Shown here in pieces: positions 9,478-19,070 of a stretch of DNA of 64,000 bases (positions are counted from its first letter, which is position 1; every line of letters begins with the position of its first letter). The stretch lies in the NCBI RefSeq assembly GCF_030603065.1, contig NZ_JAUVYN010000002.1; one strand, written 5' to 3'. The notes beneath the pieces are model-generated. The model did no database searches and was not told the DNA's origin. It saw only the letters and a list, made by a program, of their open reading frames with translations. The DNA comes from Pseudomonas sp. (GTDB taxonomy: Bacteria > Pseudomonadota > Gammaproteobacteria > Pseudomonadales > Pseudomonadaceae). The position numbers and the translations under genes were made by a program.

Positions 9478-10689
9478 TTACTGGCGGTAGCTCTTGAGGA
9501 AATTGGCGATACGCCCGATGGCGACCTCCAGGTCATCCTTGCGTGGCAGGGAAACGATCCGGAAATGGTCCGGCCAGGGCCAGTTGAAGGCCGTGCCCTG
9601 AACCACAAGGATCTTCTCCTTTAGCAGCAGGTCGAGCACCATCTTTTCGTCGTTGTGGATCGGATAGACCTTGGGATCGAGTTTCGGGAACAGATAGAGC
9701 GCGCCCTTGGGCTTTGTGCAACTGACCCCCGGTATCTCGTTGAGCAGTTCCCAGGCAGCATCGCGCTGCTCCAGCAGGCGCCCGCCGGGCAGAACCAGAT
9801 CATTGATGCTCTGATAACCACCCAGCGCGGTCTGGATTGCATGCTGGGCCGGCACGTTGGCGCACAGACGCATGGATGCCAGGATATCGATGCCCTCGAT
9901 GTAGCTCGTGGCGTTCTCCTTCGGGCCGCTGATGATCATCCAGCCGGAGCGAAAGCCGGCTACTCGGTATGACTTGGACAGGCCGTTGAAGGTAAGGCAG
10001 AAAACGTCCGGAGCCACTGCCGCCAGAGAGTCGTGCTCGGCACCGTCGTAGAGAATCTTGTCGTAGATCTCATCAGCGAACAGGATCAGGTTGTGCTCGC
10101 GCGCTACCTGCGCCAGTTGCTCGAGCATGTCGCGGGAGTAGACCGCGCCGGTCGGGTTGTTCGGGTTGATCACCACCATGGCCCGGGTATTGGGCGTGAT
10201 CTTGCTGCGGATGTCGGCGATGTCTGGGTACCAGTCGGATTCCTCGTCGCACAGGTAGTGCACCGGACGCCCCCCCGACAGACTGACCGCTGCGGTCCAC
10301 AGCGGATAGTCCGGTGCCGGGATGAGCACCTCGTCGCCATTGTTCAGCAGACCCTGCATCGCCATGACGATCAGTTCGGAAACGCCATTGCCGAGGTAGA
10401 TGTCCTCGATGGTAACCCCGGGAATATTCTTGGTCTGGCAGTAGTGCATGACTGCCTTGCGCGCCGAGAACAGGCCCTTGGAGTCGCTGTAGCCCTGCGC
10501 TGTGGGCAGGTTCAGAATCACGTCCTGAAGGATTTCTTCCGGAGCCTCGAAACCAAAGGGCGCGGGGTTGCCGATATTCAGTTTGAGGATGCGGTGACCC
10601 TCTTCCTCGAGACGTTTGGCATGACGCAGGACGGGCCCACGAATGTCGTAGCAGACGTTGGCCAATTTATTGGACTTGCTTACCTGCAT
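9478..10689 (-). CDS. PLP-dependent aminotransferase, class I/II (AlaA/YfbQ-like)
   Basis: The N-terminus is KLANVCYDIRGPV...LKLNIGNPAPFGF. The PLP-lysine region is FNGLSKSYRVAGFR. 403 aa. Confidence 0.9.
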   Translation of the reverse strand: MQVSKSNKLANVCYDIRGPVLRHAKRLEEEGHRILKLNIGNPAPFGFEAPEEILQDVILNLPTAQGYSDSKGLFSARKAVMHYCQTKNIPGVTIEDIYLGNGVSELIVMAMQGLLNNGDEVLIPAPDYPLWTAAVSLSGGRPVHYLCDEESDWYPDIADIRSKITPNTRAMVVINPNNPTGAVYSRDMLEQLAQVAREHNLILFADEIYDKILYDGAEHDSLAAVAPDVFCLTFNGLSKSYRVAGFRSGWMIISGPKENATSYIEGIDILASMRLCANVPAQHAIQTALGGYQSINDLVLPGGRLLEQRDAAWELLNEIPGVSCTKPKGALYLFPKLDPKVYPIHNDEKMVLDLLLKEKILVVQGTAFNWPWPDHFRIVSLPRKDDLEVAIGRIANFLKSYRQ

Positions 10690-10784
10690 GATGCTTACCT
10701 TAGGATCCGGAAAAACAATGCCGCATCATACGTCCTGGACGGCACCTGGAAAAGCCTGCAGGACACAACTTGAGGAGTACAGCT

Positions 10785-11186
10785 GTGGACAAGATCAACA
10801 AGACAGAAGCTGCCTGGCGGGAACAGCTGGACGAGGCGCAGTTTCACGTCTGTCGGCTGAAGGGCACCGAGCGCCCCTTCACCGGCAAGTACTATCGCAA
10901 GGGCGAGCCGGGCGTATACCACTGTGTATGCTGTGGTACCGCACTGTTCGATACCGACACTCAGTTCGATGCCGGCTGTGGATGGCCCAGCTATTGGGCA
11001 CCCGTGTCGCCGGATGCCGTCAGTGAAGCGGAAGACTTCAGCCATGGGATGCACCGCATCGAGGTGCTGTGCGGGCGCTGCGACGCCCATCTTGGCCACG
11101 TGTTTCCCGACGGGCCACCGCCGACTGGTCTGCGCTATTGCATCAATTCGGTGGCGTTGGAGCTGGGGCCGCGTCAGGCGGAGTGA
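10785..11186 (+). CDS. msrB: Peptide-methionine (R)-S-oxide reductase
   Basis: It has Zn-binding CxxC pairs ([25 protein letters not shown]) and [12 protein letters not shown] start at 10785 is preceded by GAGGAG with a 7-nt spacer. Confidence 0.9.
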   Translation: MDKINKTEAAWREQLDEAQFHVCRLKGTERPFTGKYYRKGEPGVYHCVCCGTALFDTDTQFDAGCGWPSYWAPVSPDAVSEAEDFSHGMHRIEVLCGRCDAHLGHVFPDGPPPTGLRYCINSVALELGPRQAE

Positions 11187-11208
11187 AGCTTACAGGGGCT
11201 GCCGGGGA

Positions 11209-13548
11209 TCACGCTGAGGTCAGCCAGCGCTCGAGCATGTTCTGCAGGTTTTCGCGTTTGAAGGGCTTGGCCAGGTAGTCGTTCATGCCGGCAGCTTCAC
11301 AGCGCAGGCGGTCTTCATGCAGGGCGTTGGCCGTGAGCGCGATGATCGGCACGTTCTGCCAGCGTGGGTCTGCACGCATCCGTCGGCTGGTTTCGTAACC
11401 GTCCATCACCGGCATGTTGCAGTCCATCAGCACCAGGTCGTAATCGGCCTTTTCCAGCCACTGCAGTGCAGCCTCGCCATGCTCGGCGACGTCGACATCG
11501 TAGCCAAGCCTGCTCAGCATGCCCCGCGCGACCATCTGGTTGACCATGTTGTCCTCGACCAGCAGGATGCGCTGGTCGCGCGGTTCGACTGCCGGGGTGT
11601 CGGTGGGTAGGGCGGGAGCCTCGCCAACGAAGAGCGCGTCTATGGCGCGCGCCAGGCGGGCACGCGTAAGCGGGCTGGCCACCTGGTGGTGAATGCCCAA
11701 CTGCCGGGCCTCCTGCAGCGGCAGGAACTGCGTGAACGGGCATACCAGCAGCCGCGGGACATCGGGCTGACGTGCCGCCAGTTCGCGTGCGGCATCGGCA
11801 TGGTCGATTATCCAGAAGTCCGCGGGCGGGATGGGTGCGTCGGGTAGTGGCAGGCTCTGGTAATCCAGCCGCCAGCAATGCATGCCCCAGTGCTCCAGCA
11901 ATTCCACCAGAATCTCGCCCTGCAGCCGTCCCATGCGGTTCCAGACCAGAACCCTCCGGGGGGTCGGGTAGCTGTAGGTTGGCTGCCCCACGTGCCGCAG
12001 CAGCGGCAGGCTGACCGTGAAGGTGCTGCCCTGTTCGAGCGCCGATTTGACAGTCAGTGACCCCTGCATGGCATCGGCCAGACTCTTGCACAGAGCCAGC
12101 CCGAGCCCTGTTCCCCCGAAGCGTCTGGATATATGCGCATCGGCCTGGGTGAAAGGCGTGAAAATGCTACCCAGGGCTTCGGTCGAAATACCGATGCCGG
12201 TATCGCTGACACTGATGTGCACCCAGAGTCGCTCCCCGCCGGCAGGCACTGCCTCGACGCGCACGGCCACATGCCCCTGCTCTGTGAATTTCAGAGCATT
12301 GGACAGCAGATTGCTAACGATCTGACGTATTCGAGTCGGGTCGCCAAGCAGCATGCCGGGCAGGTTCGGATCTATGCGGCAGCTTAGTTCGATGTCGTGC
12401 TTGCCTGCGTTCTGCGACAGCAGGCTGGTGGTTTCTTCGAGCAGGCCGCCCAGGTCGAAGGGAATCTGCTCGAGCTGCAGCTTGCCAGCTTCGAATTTGG
12501 ACAGATCGAGGATGTCGTTGAGCAACTCGACCAGCACCTTGCCCGAATCATAGGCAATTGATAGCTGCTGGCGCTGCTCCTCATTGAGTGGGCTGTCCAG
12601 TGTCAGCCCGATCATGCCGAGCAGGCCATTGATAGGCGTGCGAATTTCGTGACTCATGTTGGCGAGGAACGCCGAGCGCGCCCGTGCCATGGCCAGCGCC
12701 TCCTCCCGCGAGCGTTCGAGTTCCTGGTTCGACAGGCGCAACTGGGCGTTGGCGTTCTGCAGTTCAGTGGTACGCGACTCGATGATGATTTCGAGTTCTT
12801 CCAGATACTGGCGAAGGCGCTCTTCCGCGCGTAGTTTCTGGCGCATGCTGACGTCGATGCTTTGCAGCTGGCGATTGATTACCTCGACCAGCGCGCCGAT
12901 CTCGTCCCGCTCGTGCCGTTCGGGGCAGGGGAGTCGGCTGCGTTCTTCCTCCGCCCGCATATGGAGCAGGTGATCGATCAATCGGATCAATGGCTTGGTC
13001 AGCATCGAGTAGAAGAGGATGACCAGGATCAGCGAGAGGATAAGGCTCAGAACGAAGCCCGACAGCATTGTCACACCGGCGCGCCGGAGGAAATTGGCGC
13101 CCTGGTGAAAGGTGTCCACCTCTATGACCAGATGCCCGAGCAATTCATCCGGCGCGTGATCGACGAACAGCGCTCGGGAATAATCCCGGCGTCGATCGAA
13201 GAGTGCGTCGCTGAACGGGCGATAGGGGCTGTCGACCATCGGCCGACTGACACTGGCCAGGGCGATGCCATTGTGGTCGATGATCTCTGCACGGACGACG
13301 GGCGGCGCCTTGAGCAATCCTGCGACCAGCTCGCTGGCGAGTTCCGCGTCTATGTTATAGGCGATGCGCGATGCAGGCCCCAGGCTGACGTTGATCTGCG
13401 CCTGAACCTCTCGGTCGATTGCCGCATCCTCTGAACGGTAGTCCAGCAGCACCTGCACCAGCCCGAGCAGCGTCCCCAGAATGAAGGCGGCCAGAACGCC
13501 TTGCCGCGCCTGTTTGAAGGAGAGGCGGTCGGTGAAACGAATATTCAT
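11209..13548 (-). CDS. Hybrid sensor histidine kinase/response regulator (SagS-like architecture)
   Basis: Two TM segments flank a periplasmic domain, followed by a HAMP region. The H-box is MSHEIRTPINGL and the ATPase G-boxes are DTGIGI...GGTGLGL. The C-terminal receiver is ILLVEDN...DLVLMDCNMPVMDG. The position next to msrB and the DUF815 gene resembles P. aeruginosa PA2824 (from memory). Confidence 0.88.
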   Translation of the reverse strand: MNIRFTDRLSFKQARQGVLAAFILGTLLGLVQVLLDYRSEDAAIDREVQAQINVSLGPASRIAYNIDAELASELVAGLLKAPPVVRAEIIDHNGIALASVSRPMVDSPYRPFSDALFDRRRDYSRALFVDHAPDELLGHLVIEVDTFHQGANFLRRAGVTMLSGFVLSLILSLILVILFYSMLTKPLIRLIDHLLHMRAEEERSRLPCPERHERDEIGALVEVINRQLQSIDVSMRQKLRAEERLRQYLEELEIIIESRTTELQNANAQLRLSNQELERSREEALAMARARSAFLANMSHEIRTPINGLLGMIGLTLDSPLNEEQRQQLSIAYDSGKVLVELLNDILDLSKFEAGKLQLEQIPFDLGGLLEETTSLLSQNAGKHDIELSCRIDPNLPGMLLGDPTRIRQIVSNLLSNALKFTEQGHVAVRVEAVPAGGERLWVHISVSDTGIGISTEALGSIFTPFTQADAHISRRFGGTGLGLALCKSLADAMQGSLTVKSALEQGSTFTVSLPLLRHVGQPTYSYPTPRRVLVWNRMGRLQGEILVELLEHWGMHCWRLDYQSLPLPDAPIPPADFWIIDHADAARELAARQPDVPRLLVCPFTQFLPLQEARQLGIHHQVASPLTRARLARAIDALFVGEAPALPTDTPAVEPRDQRILLVEDNMVNQMVARGMLSRLGYDVDVAEHGEAALQWLEKADYDLVLMDCNMPVMDGYETSRRMRADPRWQNVPIIALTANALHEDRLRCEAAGMNDYLAKPFKRENLQNMLERWLTSA

Positions 13549-13703
13549 GTGAGCGGAAGGGGCGTCCTGCGTCGGTTCATGTTCCGAGCTTAGCGCAGAT
13601 TGGCCCCGCTCGGCAGCCTGCTGTTCCGAACCAAGGTGCGCCGGGATGTCAGAAAGCAGCGGTCATGGCATGCTTGGCAGATATGACCGGCCTGGAGGAC
13701 TGC

Positions 13704-14609
13704 ATGACAAACCCTGCCCTGGATGCCTTTGTTCAGCGCGTTACCCGCTTTCTTGATCGCTACGAGCAGCAGCTTCCGTCTCCACCACCTTCGGTCGACT
13801 GGACCGGGACCTGGGCTGCCCGCTGGATGGCGAAGGGTGACAGCGGTTGGCTGCGGCCACTCACGGTGAGTCTGGATATGCGGCTTGACGATCTGCGAGG
13901 GGTGGACCGACAAAAGGCACTGCTCGCTGCCAATACCCGTCAGTTCGTGCGTGGGCTACCCGCCAACAATGCGCTTCTGTGGGGTGCGCGGGGTACCGGC
14001 AAGTCATCGTTGGTACGCGCGCTGCTGGCGGAGCATCGGTCTGCTGGCTTGCGGCTGATAGAAGTCGACAAGGCGGATCTGGTGCACCTGCCCGCGCTGA
14101 TCGAGTGCATTGCCGGAGCGCCCTGGCGGTTTCTGCTCTTTTGTGATGACCTCGCCTTCGAGGCGGACGACAGCGCCTACAAGACCCTGAAGACCGTGCT
14201 GGACGGTACCGTGGAAGCTGCGCCGGAAAACCTGCTGTTGTACGCCACGTCCAACCGCCGCCATCTGCTGCCCGAGCAGCGTAGCGACAATCTCGGAGCG
14301 AGCATGGTCGACGGGGAGCTGCATCCGGGTGAGGCGATCGAGGAAAAGATTGCGCTGTCGGACCGCTTCGGCCTGTGGGTCTCGTTCTATCCTTTCACCC
14401 AGGATCAGTATCTGGAGGTCGTTCAGCATTGGCTGGCAACTCTGGGTGAGCGTCATGGAATGCAATGTGAATGGACCGACACGCTGGCCAGGGAGGCGGT
14501 ACGCTGGGCCCTTGGGCGGGGCAATCGTAACGGGCGCTGTGCCTATCAGTTTGCCCGCGACCATCTGGGGCGGATGCTGCTCGAGCGGGAGGTGCCGTCG
14601 AGCAGCTGA
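13704..14609 (+). CDS. AAA-type ATP-binding protein (DUF815 family)
   Basis: The Walker A motif is GARGTGKSSLV and the Walker B-like motif is FLLFCDDL. GGAGG lies 5 nt upstream of the ATG at 13704. Confidence 0.8.
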   Translation: MTNPALDAFVQRVTRFLDRYEQQLPSPPPSVDWTGTWAARWMAKGDSGWLRPLTVSLDMRLDDLRGVDRQKALLAANTRQFVRGLPANNALLWGARGTGKSSLVRALLAEHRSAGLRLIEVDKADLVHLPALIECIAGAPWRFLLFCDDLAFEADDSAYKTLKTVLDGTVEAAPENLLLYATSNRRHLLPEQRSDNLGASMVDGELHPGEAIEEKIALSDRFGLWVSFYPFTQDQYLEVVQHWLATLGERHGMQCEWTDTLAREAVRWALGRGNRNGRCAYQFARDHLGRMLLEREVPSSS

Positions 14610-14620
14610 GGGTAACGGGG

Positions 14621-15382
14621 TCAGTCGTCGTAGACGGCCTTTTTCTTCCAGAGCTCGTCGTCCTTGTCCAGTTCGGCGATACCGGCTTCCAGCTCGCTAT
14701 GACCATCTGCGGCACGCAATTCGCTCTGAACGGTGAGCTCCTCTGCATGTTTGAGCTTGGCCCGCAGCTTGGCATACAGCTCGGCATAGGCAGGGTCGTT
14801 CTGCTTTTGCAGATACCCCAGGGCTCGCTCGTACTGAAGCTTGGCAATGCGGGGCTTGCCTTCCTGCACGGCAGTGCGCGCGAGATTCTGATACATCTCC
14901 ATCGCGGTAGTGGTGAGGAACTGTCGGATCTGAGCGCTCCAGCGCGCCATTCCTGCCTTGTCCAGCAGGCCGTCACGATGGGCCTGGCCGATCAGTTTGT
15001 GCAGGTTTTCCAGGAGGTCACGGGCCTCGCGGGCCTGAGCTTCATCAGCGATCTGTCGTGGCGGGTTATTGATGGCAGGTTCGCCGCCGGCCAGTTGCTG
15101 CCGAACGCTCGCCAACTCCTTGTCGACCTTCGGATTCCTGCGATCGAGCTTTTGCAATTGCAACAACATGCTTTGCTCGATACTGAGTAGCAGGGTGGCC
15201 AGTTCGGTGCTCATGAACTGGCCGGGAAGCTGGGAGGCGATGTTGCTGCAGTGCCGGATGCGTGCGGACAACTCGGCGACCTGCCGGGCCCTTTCAAGTC
15301 GAGAGCGCTCCAGACTGTGGCTGATGAAGCCGATGCTGATCAGCACGGCAACTCCTATCGCGACCAATACACCGATGAGCAT
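14621..15382 (-). CDS. Membrane-anchored coiled-coil/helical-repeat protein of unknown function
   Basis: It has a single N-terminal TM segment (MLIGVLVAIGVAVLISIGFI) followed by helical, charged sequence. The long N-terminal extension in the ORF track would run through the tRNA promoter, so it is rejected. A GTG at 15391 is an alternative start. Confidence 0.6.
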   Translation of the reverse strand: MLIGVLVAIGVAVLISIGFISHSLERSRLERARQVAELSARIRHCSNIASQLPGQFMSTELATLLLSIEQSMLLQLQKLDRRNPKVDKELASVRQQLAGGEPAINNPPRQIADEAQAREARDLLENLHKLIGQAHRDGLLDKAGMARWSAQIRQFLTTTAMEMYQNLARTAVQEGKPRIAKLQYERALGYLQKQNDPAYAELYAKLRAKLKHAEELTVQSELRAADGHSELEAGIAELDKDDELWKKKAVYDD

Positions 15383-15621
15383 GGGTGACACGGCTAACTT
15401 CTCCCTTGTAGTCCGGATACCAGTCGAAACGACCAGATAGCGTAGTGACACTAGAATCCGCCCTAAACGCTGCGCTGGCAAGCGCGTATTGAGACATCCC
15501 GCTGACCGCCCGACGCGCGGGGTTCGGTCCGTAGCAGGAGGCTCTCCGGGGAGAGAGGCGGGCGCAAGGTAGCGTAGTCCGTGGCCACCGAAAAAAACTT
15601 GGAAAAATATCAACTTGGGGG

Positions 15622-15650
15622 TTGACGGGTCATTGGGGGCTGCCTAAAAT
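15622..15650 (+). promoter_or_regulatory. Sigma70 promoter of the tRNA-Glu/tRNA-Gly operon
   Basis: TTGACG, a 17-nt spacer, then TAAAAT. An A/T-rich UP-like tract (gaaaaaaacttggaaaaatatcaa) lies upstream and a GC-rich discriminator (gcgcgcc) lies downstream. Confidence 0.6.
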
Positions 15651-15724
15651 GCGCGCCACTTGCAGCGAACATTGAGCGCAGCAGGTAGCCAGGGTAACAC
15701 CTCGGCACAGTGAAGACCGGATAC

Positions 15725-15800
15725 GTCCCCTTCGTCTAGTGGCCTAGGACACCGCCCTTTCACGGCGGTAACAGGGGTTCGAGTCCCCTAGGGGACGCCA
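15725..15800 (+). tRNA. tRNA-Glu (anticodon UUC)
   Basis: 76 nt and foldable by eye as a cloverleaf. The acceptor is GTCCCCT/AGGGGAC, the anticodon loop is CTTTCAC, the T-loop is GGTTCGAGTCC, and CCA is encoded. Confidence 0.95.
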
Positions 15801-15816
15801 CTTCGGCGTCAGATTT

Positions 15817-15892
<76 letters not shown>

Positions 15893-15901
15893 GATGTAAC
15901 G

Positions 15902-15928
15902 AAAAAGCCGCCTAAGGGCGGCTTTTTT
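15902..15928 (+). terminator. Intrinsic terminator of the tRNA-Glu/Gly operon
   Basis: The sequence is AAAAA-GCCGCC-taag-GGCGGC-TTTTTT. Confidence 0.75.
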
Positions 15929-16007
15929 GTGCTCGTCATTCCCCTGGCCGTTCATGGCTACTGCCGTTGCGGATGCCCGAATATCCGCAACGGTCCGGTT
16001 AGTAGCC

Positions 16008-16409
16008 TCAGTTCGACATCAGTAGCTGACGGGCCTGCGCCCAGTCGAAGCTTTCGCCCCGCGCTTCGGCCTCTGCCTGATGCTCGTCGAGCAGCTGGTA
16101 CTGAGCGATCTCTTCGTCCGGCATGAAGTGCAGACAATCGCCCCCGAAGTACCACAGCAGGTCGCGCGGGATCAGGTGAGCGATTTGAGGGTATCGGCTG
16201 ATGATCTGACAGAGAATGTCCTGGCCAAGATAGAGGCTATCGTCCTCACCTGCCTCGACGCGGGCAACCAGATCTTCGAAGCGCTCGAGAAACAGCAGAT
16301 TGCTTTCCTCGGGTACCTGGACCATGAGTACCGACTGCGCCTGCAGGGTGTCGTAAAGACTCTTGAGCAGGGCCAGGTGATAACGGTGATAAGGTAATGC
16401 GGGGTTCAT
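16008..16409 (-). CDS. Conserved hypothetical protein (133 aa; PA2817-like by position next to fadE)
   Basis: An acidic, helical protein immediately upstream of fadE on the same strand. The family name is from memory only. Confidence 0.6.
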   Translation of the reverse strand: MNPALPYHRYHLALLKSLYDTLQAQSVLMVQVPEESNLLFLERFEDLVARVEAGEDDSLYLGQDILCQIISRYPQIAHLIPRDLLWYFGGDCLHFMPDEEIAQYQLLDEHQAEAEARGESFDWAQARQLLMSN

Positions 16410-16495
16410 GCGGCTCTCCTCGGAGGTGAGCGCGGAGTCTAGCAGACTTGGCGGTGCCAGGCAGTGACGGGGGCCCCGCGGCCCCCGTTGTGTCG

Positions 16496-18955
16496 TCAGA
16501 CCTGCAGTGGTTTGCTGGTGTCGTGCTGGGGATCCATTTCCTGGGCCGAAAAGGAATCGACCTCGATCACTGCCCGCCGTGCTGCTTCTGCCGCCTGTAA
16601 CTGTTCCGCCTCGGCAGCGCTGATCAGGTCCGCTTGCAGTGCTGCATCGATTGGGTCCGCACCGGGCTCAACGAGTAGGTCGCCCGCCTTGACGGCCTTG
16701 GCGATGCGCGCCTGGATTGCCTCGGCGGCGATGATCTTCTCCAGCGCGTAACTGATCAGGCCCGTCACGTCGTCCGGATCGCTGCTGCGGTAGCAGCCGG
16801 CGAGCAGGCGATCCCTCGCCGCTCCGGGCGTCATCAGGCGCCGGGCTATTTCGGCACAGACCCGGTCGGAAGGTGGCGCCAGATGCCGTCCGAGCGGGAA
16901 GACGACGATTCGCAGTAGCATCGCCACAGCCGGGTTGGGGAAGTTCAGCAGGCACTGGTGCAGGGCTTCTTCGGTCTTGTGCAGAACATCCTGCAGCGCC
17001 CATTCGACGAAGGGCAGGTCTTCTTCCGGACAGCCCTGGTCGTGGTAGTGCTTCAGCGTGGCGCTGCCCAGGTAAAGGTTACTCAGCACGTCACCCAGTC
17101 GCGCGGACAGCCGCTCACGACGTTTGAGTTCACCGCCTAGCATCAGCATGGTGGTGTCGGCCATGGTGGCGAAGGCTGCAGCTAGCCGGGAGAGCTGGCG
17201 ATAGTACACGCGGGTTTCCGGATGACGCGGTGTCCTGGCCAGATGTCCGGCCGAGAGCCCCAGCAGGAAGCTGCCCGCAGCGTTACTTAGTGCAAATCCG
17301 ACGTGCTCGAACAGCAGGTCGTCGAACTCGCTGACTGCGGCGTGCTCGTCTTCATTTTGAGTGACCAGCATCTCCCTGAGCACGTACGGATGGCAGCGAA
17401 TCGCCCCCTGGCCGAAGATCATCATGTTGCGGGTGAGGATGTTGGCGCCTTCCACAGTGATGGAAATCGGAATCGACTGGTAGGCGCGGCCGAGATAATT
17501 CCGCGGCCCTAGGCAGATGCCCTTGCCGCCGTGCACATCCATCGCGTCGTTCAGGCACTGTCGCATCCGCTCGGTGAGATGGTATTTGACCACCGCCGAG
17601 AGCACCGAAGGCTTCTCGCCCAGGTCCACAGCGCCTGCGGTCATGGTGCGCGCTGCATCCATCAGATAGGCGTTGCCACCGATGCGGGCCAGCGCTTCCT
17701 GTATGCCTTCGAACTCACCGATGGGCAATCCGAACTGCCGGCGAATGCGCGCATAGGCGCCGGTGGTCATGCTGGCCATTTTCGCTGCGCCGGTACTGCC
17801 CGCCGGCAGAGAAATGGAGCGCCCCACGGACAGGCAGTTCATGAGCATCACCCAGCCCTGTCCGATCCTTTCCTGGCCCCCGATGAGATAGTCCATCGGG
17901 ATGAAGACGTCGGTACCCGAGTTCGGCCCGTTCATAAACGCTGCATTGAGCGGGAAATGGCGGCGGCCGATCTCGACACCGGGTGTGTCAGTCGGGATCA
18001 GTGCGAGGGAAATGCCGCGGTCTTCCTCGGCACCCAGGAGGTGGTCCGGATCGAATACCTTGAAGGCCAGACCGAGCAGTGTCGCAACGGGGCCGAGGGT
18101 GATGTAGCGTTTTTCCCAGGTTACCCGCAGGCCGAGTACCTTCTTGCCCTGCCAATCGCCTTCGCAGACTATCGCCCGGTCGGGCATCGCGCCGGCGTCA
18201 GAGCCAGCTTCAGGAGAGGTTAGAGCGAAGCAGGGAATTTCCTGTCCCGCGGCCAGGCGCGGAAGATAGTGGTTTTTCTGTTCCTCGGTACCGTATTGCA
18301 GCAGGAGTTCGGCAGGGCCGAGGGAGTTGGGCACCATGACCGTGGAGCCGAGGTCGCCGCTGCGGCTCGCCAGCTTCATCACGATCTGCGAATGAGCGTA
18401 GGCGGAAAAACCCTTCCCGCCGTGCTCCTTGGGGATGATCAGTCCGAAAAAGCCGTTGCTCTTTATGTACTCCCATACTTCTTCAGGCAGATTCTGAAAT
18501 GCAGTGGTGATCTGCCACTCGTTGGCCATGCGGCATAGTTCCTCAACCGGACCGTCGATGAACGCCTGCTCTTCGTCGGTCAGTACAGGCTTAGGGTACT
18601 TGTGCAGGGTGTTCCAGTCCGGACGACCGCTGAACAGCGCGCCGTCCCACCAGACCGTGCCTGCCTCCAGCGCTTCGCGCTCGGTATCGGAGATGGGGGG
18701 GAGCACCTTTCGGAACCACTGCAGTGCAGGCGCGCTTATTTTGGCTTGCCGCCAGTCGGTCAGGTTCAGCGGTACGGCTGTGCCGAGGAATGCAGCCCAA
18801 AGCAACAGCATTATTACCCAGTGCACCGGGCTGGCGATGGTCATCACTAACAGGAAGGCGGCGGTGGCAAGCGTTGCGTTGAGCAGTCCGGCGCGAGCGT
18901 AGGCGAGGCCGGTCAGAAAAAAGAACAGGGCGATCAGCCAGATCAGCGTCCCCAT
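16496..18955 (-). CDS. fadE: Acyl-CoA dehydrogenase FadE (long, membrane-anchored type)
   Basis: About 819 aa. N-terminal TM helices are followed by an ACAD core (GFFGLIIPKEHGG, ALTSPEAGSD, EGANILTRNMMIFGQGA). AAGGAG lies 6 nt upstream of the ATG at 18955. Confidence 0.9.
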   Translation of the reverse strand: MGTLIWLIALFFFLTGLAYARAGLLNATLATAAFLLVMTIASPVHWVIMLLLWAAFLGTAVPLNLTDWRQAKISAPALQWFRKVLPPISDTEREALEAGTVWWDGALFSGRPDWNTLHKYPKPVLTDEEQAFIDGPVEELCRMANEWQITTAFQNLPEEVWEYIKSNGFFGLIIPKEHGGKGFSAYAHSQIVMKLASRSGDLGSTVMVPNSLGPAELLLQYGTEEQKNHYLPRLAAGQEIPCFALTSPEAGSDAGAMPDRAIVCEGDWQGKKVLGLRVTWEKRYITLGPVATLLGLAFKVFDPDHLLGAEEDRGISLALIPTDTPGVEIGRRHFPLNAAFMNGPNSGTDVFIPMDYLIGGQERIGQGWVMLMNCLSVGRSISLPAGSTGAAKMASMTTGAYARIRRQFGLPIGEFEGIQEALARIGGNAYLMDAARTMTAGAVDLGEKPSVLSAVVKYHLTERMRQCLNDAMDVHGGKGICLGPRNYLGRAYQSIPISITVEGANILTRNMMIFGQGAIRCHPYVLREMLVTQNEDEHAAVSEFDDLLFEHVGFALSNAAGSFLLGLSAGHLARTPRHPETRVYYRQLSRLAAAFATMADTTMLMLGGELKRRERLSARLGDVLSNLYLGSATLKHYHDQGCPEEDLPFVEWALQDVLHKTEEALHQCLLNFPNPAVAMLLRIVVFPLGRHLAPPSDRVCAEIARRLMTPGAARDRLLAGCYRSSDPDDVTGLISYALEKIIAAEAIQARIAKAVKAGDLLVEPGADPIDAALQADLISAAEAEQLQAAEAARRAVIEVDSFSAQEMDPQHDTSKPLQV

Positions 18956-19070
18956 GTAGCACTCCTTCATCTGGATATCCAGATGACAGCATAGACGCTA
19001 ACGCCCCGTCTGGGTAATCGGCGCCGTAGCGCTTGGGGCGGCCCGGCCCAGCCAGACCGCCCCGGGTCGC

